This document shows positions 55,626-64,000 of a stretch of DNA of 64,000 bases, piece by piece (within the stretch, counting starts at the first letter, position 1; each line of letters starts with the position of its first letter). The stretch spans positions 40,300,001-40,364,000 of the forward strand of contig OX597814.1 of the NCBI GenBank assembly GCA_951406725.2, read 5' to 3'. The position numbers and the translations under genes are program-made. The notes beneath the pieces are model-generated. The model saw only the letters and a list, made by a program, of their open reading frames with translations. It searched no databases and was not told the origin of the DNA. Source of the DNA: Octopus vulgaris (Eukaryota).

Positions 55626-55662
<37 letters not shown>
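53140..55662 (+). mobile_element. Young 5'-truncated CR1-group LINE (APE C-terminus + complete RT + 3' UTR + (AATC)n tail)
   Basis: PTRAGNTLDLCFTN...SDHN (APE end, 53189-53527); YRPISLTSHISKVMER, QHGFRPGRSC, YLDFAKAFDKVDH, GVPQGTVLGP, YADDTK, DLGI. Ends in (AATC)n. Confidence 0.95.
53189..55557 (+). pseudogene. LINE ORF2 (endonuclease-reverse transcriptase), disrupted by one frameshift/deletion (~53520) and one stop (55321)
   Basis: The 623-aa ORF continues in frame after TGA 55321-55323 as CRTIFCDCLGFRGPQLFNILPKNLRDLHG...RAAASNSLMHQMAVARKLS* (stop 55555-55557), colinear with the 39317-39766 paralog. Confidence 0.9.
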
Positions 55663-55665
<3 letters not shown>

Positions 55666-55861
55666 TATATATAACGGATTAATAGGGGTGGCTTATTAGC
55701 AATTAGAATCTAAAGGCAAAATTTATAGAGGTCACAAAAGTGACAGAGAGTGCTGACTAACACCACTTTTGATAAGAATACGCGTTATAACAACTAAAAC
55801 ACACAGAAAGCACTATCTGAAGGCTAAGAGATGTAGTTGAGTTTTACACTACGCTATAAAA

Positions 55862-55915
55862 GTCGCTGATGATTATTTAGATGGTCAACATCAAAATCCG
55901 AAATGACACTCCGAC
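55862..55915 (+). ncRNA. Degenerate type I hammerhead motif
   Basis: GUCG-CUGAUGA-[uuAUUUaGAUG gucaa CAUCaAAAUcc]-GAAA-UGACA-CUC-CGAC; stem I GUCG/CGAC. Confidence 0.6.
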
Positions 55916-56191
55916 AATATACGCCGGGAACGTACCTCATTTTTGCAGTCATTAAGTCAGTATTATCGTAGATTTTGAGTTGTTTTAACTCTTATATATA
56001 TTTAGAGATAATTATGTTCTGTTCACATGTGTGTGTGGGATATTGCAGCGCCTACTTCGTAAGGTTAGATTTTAAAAAATTATTTAATTGAACAAATAAA
56101 TACTCAATAAATAGTGTTGTTTCGCAAGCAAACACACACAGACTATTGTCTGTGTATATATGTTTGTGTCTGTATGTCTATGAATCCATGA

Positions 56192-56222
<31 letters not shown>

Positions 56223-57339
56223 CATGCATGTATGCGCCAATGAATGTATATATTGACAAATGTGAGCGACAGACATTCGTGATTTCGTTTCATTTATTCA
56301 TCATATTTCAAATATGGTAATGCGTGGAAGGATGTCCGGGATATTTCTAACTCAGTAAATATCTACATGCATTTGCTACTGAAGTGCTTATAAGATTTTG
56401 TTTATCCAATTTTACCAAAATTTAATCCCACATCGGTAAAACGGTCAATGTATGGTAGTCGCTTTATATAACCACATTTATTATTTATAATTTGTTAGAA
56501 TGAAAAATAAAAACTACAAGTAAATGATTGATTTGGAGTATGCATTATATCATTTTATTACGTGTCTCAATTATTTCGCTTCATGTAGTCTCTCTTCCAT
56601 ATCTGATTGAAAATTCTATTGGTTCTAATTCACTGTAATGAATTAATGTTACTTATAAAGCGCCCATAGACTGTGCTAAAAGTAATTTCCTGATTGAATT
56701 AATGAAACATAGGTAATGAAATTGTTTATGTGATGCTATCGGAAAAGCATTCTGTCACTGTCAATAGAAAACATTTAATGTTTCTTATTATATTGAATAA
56801 TTCATATCACATTACAGATCTAAATCATTCATTAGGATATATAATAATCCAACATAAATTATTGTGTCCAACACTCTGGTATAGATATTCAGTAATTCTT
56901 AAACAAATGCCGATTTAAAAAGGGGGCTTTTTGAATTAACATTTAAGTGCATATATTTAGCATGTGGTCTGTGTTTGACATATAAATTATAAAATAATTA
57001 ATTTTCTATTATACTACGACACAATGAAGCTGAGAAGACGACTTTTCGTGTACTCAAATATGTACCCATATATCTTAATTAATTTCACACACATTTTACT
57101 TGCCATCTATTTCTCAGCGTGTTAGTTGGCTAATTTGTTTTTCCTGATTTCGCATTTACAACGCGCATAACATTCCGAAAACTATACAGCCACTTTCGCA
57201 TATTTATCTCTCAATAACTTAACAAATAAGCGATAAACCTAATGTAAATATATTCAATTTTGAATTATAAGAATCTTTGATAAGTATTGATTATCGATAC
57301 TTAATCTGTGTGTTTTGTTTGTGCACTCATTAGATATAG

Positions 57340-57650
57340 GATAACGTTAGTTAGAAAAAGCCTCCTAAGATGCCTAGATAGGTATCGATAATTTGCTGTA
57401 TTTGAAGCTCATCCGAACAGCGCACTTCAGTTTTCTAGCAAAATGCTTTCGCTGATCTGAGGTGTATATTCAAATAATGTAGCACCAGCGCCTCACTAGT
57501 AAAACAAATTTTTATGGATACTTGAAATAAGAGAATGCAATTTGCTTTAAACTGAGTGAAGTGCGCGAGGTCAACTTTCTGCAAATACAGAAATATGTCG
57601 TTATCAATTCTTTTCGAACACCTTGCCTTAGCTGCCTCGGCAGGTTTGAA
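57340..57650. repeat. Old imperfect palindrome (MITE-like)
   Basis: tgtatttg...gcgcacttca..gttt..agcaaaatgc (57397-57450) against its reverse complement gcaatttgct..aaac..tgaagtgcgc...caaataca (57537-57589). Confidence 0.6.
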
Positions 57651-58817
57651 ATATTCAGTATTTTTTTAACACGCCTAAAAAGCACTTTTCTTTTTGACGC
57701 TAAGCCGCACCTAAGGCCCGTGAAAACAAAAGACATACAGTAAGAATGTGACGTCGATGATAATAGAAACACATTGAAATGTTACAAATTAATTTTTTTT
57801 AGCACAAATGCATATCTGAACAGCAAATTATTCAGTTCACATTAGAAAATTTATTGCTAAAATAATTCGTCAACACTTCTAATGTTTTTCTGAAAGTAAT
57901 TTTTTCTATTGAAGACATTACGAATATACCAATTTATTTTATGTTTTAGAGTACAAAAACACATTGACAGCTTTGCCTCAAAATTAGACAGTAATCACAG
58001 AGAATGTTTAATTATAACTTGTATCCGATATAAACCTATTTTCTTAATCAATTGTCTTTCGTTTTTTTTTTGGCCAAAGATGTTTTCTAGTACTAAGTTA
58101 TTTCAAAGGAAACTTTTTACTCAAGACTGATTTGATAAAGATTTTAGATAAGTGTTTTTCGCAATCTGTAAATATATCAGACAAAACTAGGGAAATATAA
58201 CTATTTACGAGATAACTGCGGTGGAGTTTTTTTCTAGTATAACAAAAATAATTTGTGATTATGTGCTGTTTCCACAGAAAAAAAAGTTTATTATGACTTT
58301 ATTTCTGTTAAAATACTGCATTCTTATCTCATCAATATCATTTAAGGCTATATTCTAACCATAAATAAATGACAAAAATATCTGTATTTTCTAATTGTAA
58401 ATAATAAGCTGCCTATAAATTTAGAATATGTCATTCAGTTTCGTTGTAAAATATCGATGCATGTTAAGTCCTTCCAATTTTTTAATGTGGATTAAATTGT
58501 TGATAATATAAAGGGAAGCCGCAGTGATGATATTTGTGCTACTTTTACTTGAGCAATAATTCTTTAAATGACAATTTATCATGAATATTTTTTAATTATT
58601 TGAATTTATATAGTATCCATTAAACTCAAAAATGTATAACATTCCAAGTTGTACTTCTTTGGGAATTGACTTCAGGCAAGTCCGAGTGTGGGTGTATACA
58701 GCCATTCATTGTGGAAGCTAAACTTGTTTACTGTATTTAATACATACATTGGGAGACCGTTATATAAATCAGCTTTTTTTTCATGATCACAACTTGATTC
58801 AAGAATATATGAAATAA

Positions 58818-59136
58818 GAAGGAGTGGCTCTGCGGTAAGATGCCTGCCTCCCAATCACATAGTTGTTGGTTTAATCCCACTGTGTGGAACCTTGGGAAAG
58901 TGTCTCCTACTATAGCCTGGGGTTGACCAAATATTTGTGATTCGATCTGGTAGACGGAAACTGAAAGAAGCCCGTCACATATATATGTGTGTGTGTGTAT
59001 TTCTGTGTCTGTGTATATCTGACAACATGTGCTGGTGTGTTTACATCCCCGTAATTTAGCGGTTCAGAAAAAGAAACCAATATCATAAGTACTAGCCTTA
59101 CAAAGAATAAGGCCTACGGTCTATTTTTTCGACTAA
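58818..59136 (+). mobile_element. SINE family 1 (diverged, tail missing)
   Basis: ggagtggctctgcggtaag head; ccttgggaaagtgtctcctactatagcc; ggtagacggaaactgaaagaagcccgtc; gctggtgtgtttacatccccg. Confidence 0.88.
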
Positions 59137-59395
59137 ATTAAGTTACGATAATATATATATATAAATTATATTTTTCTGCTAAAATAAAAGACGAAACTGC
59201 AGTATAAGATGAGCCGAGTTTGTAAACGTTTTTGATTTTCATTTCATTGAATTTGTCCACTTTTTGTGTATCTAGTACTTGCTTCTTCTTTTAGAGGCCT
59301 TTTAATGTACATATATATGAATAACATATAGTCTAATGACTAATTTGTCTTTTGTGCTAGATCACTAGTAATAATAATTTATTTTATTACCCTTT

Positions 59396-59482
<87 letters not shown>

Positions 59483-59962
59483 ATGTATGTATGTATAAAT
59501 GTATATAACGATATCTTAGGCAATGAAGATACAAAGACATGTGACATGATTTCTTGAGAAAAAAGACAGATAGAAAGAGGCAGAATGCAAGACAATTAAG
59601 GAAAGTAAAAGCATAAAGAGAGAAAAAGTGAAAAAAAATCCTTAGTGATGATCCTCATTTACGCGTTTCTGTTTCGCATTTTTTCTCGCATTCTCTTCAG
59701 CTTTTCCTTCTCCAGATATATTGTACCCCTACTCGCCTCGTTCTTTCCTGGTCTAGTAAGATGCTGAAGCGGCTCTAAACATATACAGATAAAAATTTAA
59801 TTAATATGTTCATATGTTGATATCTCTTAACTGTCGAAAATTTTGAACTATTTTGATTTTCAACTATCTCCGAAGAAGCAACCACTTCCTGCATCAAAAA
59901 AGGATTTTTGATATAGAATATTATAAAAAAATCGAGCATATGCAATTATTGTCTAATATATA

Positions 59963-60436
59963 CTAGCAGAATGTATTATAAATCAATTTAATATGGTATG
60001 TAAAATACATTAAAAGTCAGAAACGGTTTACATATTAAAAAATCGTTAGACATATTTTAGACTGTTTAAAGCTGCGATTACATAAATGTCAAGTAGAGAA
60101 GGTATTTGATTTATTTTCTGTTTGATGTCAATTATATTTGACAGAAATTTTAAATTTCTATTACGATCTACTGAATGCTAAATGCAAACAAGTGACGCCC
60201 ACATATTTGGAGAGGTACTTGATCTTCTAAAAAGTATTAGCAATTTACGTTTTTGGCACTTTTAGCATACGTTTTTAGCTTCGGAATATTCGCAACGCAT
60301 CATGAGAATACACATTTTTGCTTTTTGAATCAAATTTTCTGATTAAAATATGATTTAAAATAGAAAAATGCTACAGTATTTATTGCAAATTATTTGCAGT
60401 GCATTCGATTTGGGATGGATTTAAAGTAATAATAGA
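59963..60436 (-). mobile_element. Possible decayed non-autonomous Helitron
   Basis: Plus strand begins A|CTAGCAGAA and ends ...taataataGA|T, as expected for a minus-strand TC...CTAG element; no hairpin seen. Confidence 0.35.
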
Positions 60437-60711
60437 TTTTGATAAAGAACTTAAGTAAATTCCGACGATCGCAATGATAAACGAATTAATATTTACTACA
60501 ATTAAGACGACAGTTTACATATGCCAATAATCGAAAAGTATGTAAATATTAAATTGAAATATCCATATACATATACATATACATACACAAACACATACAC
60601 ACACATTTATAAATATATATATGAATGTATATATATATACATATATACACATCTATATAAACATATGTATACATGCATACATATACACATATGTATATAA
60701 TATATGTATGC

Positions 60712-60753
<42 letters not shown>

Positions 60754-60783
60754 GTATACATACACACACGCAAAAACAGAGAG

Positions 60784-60824
<41 letters not shown>

Positions 60825-61195
60825 AAGAGTGTACGTGTGTGTGTGTTTGTGTGTTTGGTGTTGTGTACAGAAATTGAATATCGAGGAAAAAGCCTTTAGA
60901 ATTTTGGGAAAATTTCTTTATATTTCTACATTAGTATTAACACTTTCGTTCGTTTCTTGAACTTGTTAAAAATTGAATTTTGTGAATGTACAAATAGCTA
61001 GTTCATTTATATAAAATAGATTTCTTTTGTTTTTTTTTTTTAGAAGAGGAGAACATGTTTTTTTTTTTTGGTGGGGGTTGATATTACATGACAATGGAGA
61101 TTGATAGAAATATACGCAGGCAGATAGCTTGATAGATGGATAGATGAATAGAATGATAGATAGATAGATAGATTGTCAAACAGATAGATAGAAAA

Positions 61196-62260
61196 TTATT
61201 TTGACCAGGTGTACAAGAATTATATCATTAAAATTGGAAATGCTACTTGATGTTTGTTTCATCTTCTGGGACAGATTCAGTGAAGATCTAAGTATATTTA
61301 ACAACATACTGAATACAGTTCACCCATTGATCAAATTCACAAAAGAATCTGTTGCAATGAATTAACATTCCTGGATATCCGCATAAAAATACAGAACTCC
61401 ATAGTCACAACAGACATATATTACAAAAAATTACACACACCAATATTTCAATTTCTACTCGTGTCATCCCTCACACATCAAAAGAAACAACTCATACAGC
61501 ATGGCAAGACGCATTAGTGCTATAGTAAGTGACCCTAAAATACGTAAAATCAACTCAACAAACTCAAAGGGTTTCTCACAATGCAGAAATACCCCTTAGA
61601 ATTAAGTAATGAGGCAATAAAATTGAACATTACCCAACTACGGGCACCTAAGAAAAAGTTAATGAAAACACGATTCCGTTCGTTAATACACACAGTCGTG
61701 GAACAACCAGCATTTTTCACGCCATAAAATCGAACTTACCTATATTTCTACAAAGCCCCAAAATGAAAAAATTGTGATTGAAAAAAAAAACACCTTACGG
61801 TATAGTAGACGCCAAAACAAATCCGAAAAAACACCTCACAAGGGCAGAAATCAAATCAGAGAGGGAATCGGAATTCTTAGTAAAAGAATGTGGAGATAGG
61901 AGATGTGAAACATGCACCACCAACTTTAAATATAATACTTAGAAAGTGGTTCCCACATAAATTTCAAGAGTGGATCCCTTTTCAAAATGAATGCAGATAT
62001 GAACTGCCAAACGCAAAACATCATATTACATTGGCGACACAAATAATTCCCTTTGCCAACGTGCAAGAATCCACAGGCAACATATCCGACAGGAGAATTA
62101 ATGGAAGATTCCATTTAAGTAAGCATATGAAAATATGCAGCGACGTAAAATTCAAAATTCCTCCCTTTTACAAATGTGCACGGGACGATGAGCAATACTG
62201 AAAGCAATGTAACTACATTTCATCTAAAAATTCTCTCGAAAATTGAATGTGTGAAAGAAA
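61196..62260 (+). mobile_element. 5'-truncated, decayed Penelope-like element (Neptune-type)
   Basis: VHPLIKFTKE; FLDIRIKIQNSIVTTDIYYKK; YFNFYSCHPSHIKRN...MARRISAIVSD; CGDRRCETC; SKHMKICSDVKFKIPPFYK. GIY-YIG core partly deleted. Confidence 0.85.
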
Positions 62261-63158
62261 AGCTGAGACAGTACAGTTTGTATTCCAATTATGACAAAAA
62301 TATCGGAAACATAACGCTCATCTTTGTAAATATTTATGTGTATGTGTGTGGTATTAAGGTGTTCTGAGCTTTGCGTGTTTTTCTAGTTTGTAAACGTTAT
62401 GCTAATGTTCTCAGATGCAAAAACATGAAATTGAAAACTGTGTGACTGTTTTCCAATTGAAAGTATGGAGGTAACATAGTATACCTAAATACACCTTCCC
62501 TCCACACACACACACACACACACACCCACTTCATCAAGGGATTCTCTCCAAAACTGAATGTTTGAAAAGAAAGCAGAGACAGTACATTTTACATTATAAA
62601 TATAACTCAAAGAAGAGAAATAGAAAGAAAGAGGGGAGAAGAGAAGGAAAGGGGAGAAAAAGGAAGCAAGCGGGAAAGTAAGAATAGGGGAAGATAGAAA
62701 TAAAGCAGAAATACTTTCAATAATGATAACACCACACCATTATTTTAAGAGGTCACCATCCCTAAATCCATTCCAATAAAATGGTAAATGACAAAATAAA
62801 TAAATGAATCGTGAATAAGAAGGGAGATACCCTTCTCTCTCTACCTAATAATATATTTGTCTGTTTGAGTAACTATCTATCTATCTACGAATCTATCAAT
62901 CAGCCTATCTACAAACCTATATTTCTATCCATCTGTCTCCATTATCATTGGACCTCTCTTCCCCTCGAAAATTTATTTTCATCTTCTAAACAAAACCCCC
63001 AACACATCTGTTTTATATAAATGAACAAGGTGTTTGTACATTCCAATAAATTCTATTTCACATATTCGAGAAACGAAGGAAAGCACTAATACTAACAAAG
63101 AAATAAAAGGATTTTGTTCCAAAATTCTGACGACCTGTTTTCTATATATATATATATA

Positions 63159-63549
63159 CGAGCAAAAGGCTCCCCACGTCGAATGATCGGTATTTAGTTG
63201 TCAAACAGTTAAACCAAATTTTCTTAAAGCAACTTGTCCGGCCGTCCCAGAGGCCGTCCCAGAGGAACACTGATTTAGCCTAAATTTGAGACACCACCAA
63301 AAAAAAAGAAATAAAGATGGACTTTTTTCTTGCGTACACGCAGCATAGATCGCAGAAGCTGATGTACTTGCGCGTACAAATGCACGTTCCTACAGCTTTA
63401 TCGATCGCATTCTCACCTGGAATCGATTTTTGTAATTTTTTTCAAGACTCGTGCACGCCCAGATACCGTCGGTATCGACATATCAAATTTGAGCGCAATC
63501 GGATTGAGGATGCCCGAGATTCTAGACAGAACAGATTTTACGTTATAGA
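63159..63549 (-). mobile_element. Decayed non-autonomous Helitron-like element
   Basis: Minus strand starts A|TCTATAACGTAAAATCTG and ends CTCG|T (CTAG variant); subterminal atcaaatttgagcgcaatcggattg motif; CpG-rich body. Confidence 0.5.
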
Positions 63550-63634
63550 TGCAAACTTTCTCACTTTCCCGAGCGTCAAGCTAATGCGCCAGCTTGTTTA
63601 TAGACCTGTCCTTGTCTTCTTTTTGTAAATTTCA

Positions 63635-63900
<266 letters not shown>

Positions 63901-64000
63901 TGGTTATCTACTTCTTCAGAGTCTAAGCACCTACTGTACCTACATCATATCGTTTCATGTGTTTATTTTCAAACCAATGTTTCGAAAAAGACACCTACAT

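Overview
AT-rich eukaryotic DNA saturated with microsatellites and transposon debris. The SINE families and repeat style suggest an Octopus or other cephalopod genome (inferred, not verified). No host protein-coding gene or exon could be supported, so the window looks intronic or intergenic. Contents: a nearly intact CR1-group LINE (53140-55662) whose 3' end is shared with a resident tRNA-SINE family; two same-strand clusters of R4/Dong-like restriction-endonuclease retrotransposon fragments embedded in (AAT)n-type microsatellites; two Neptune-like Penelope (GIY-YIG) elements; a Tx1/L1 fragment; piggyBac, DD41D, DD37D and mariner relics; non-autonomous Helitrons; and three SINE families. The most striking unannotated signal is seven minimal type I hammerhead ribozyme motifs (two near-intact, five decayed) in about six unrelated sequence contexts, one of them next to a ~330 bp fold-back. 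Almost all short ORFs in the supplied track are microsatellite or antisense artefacts.
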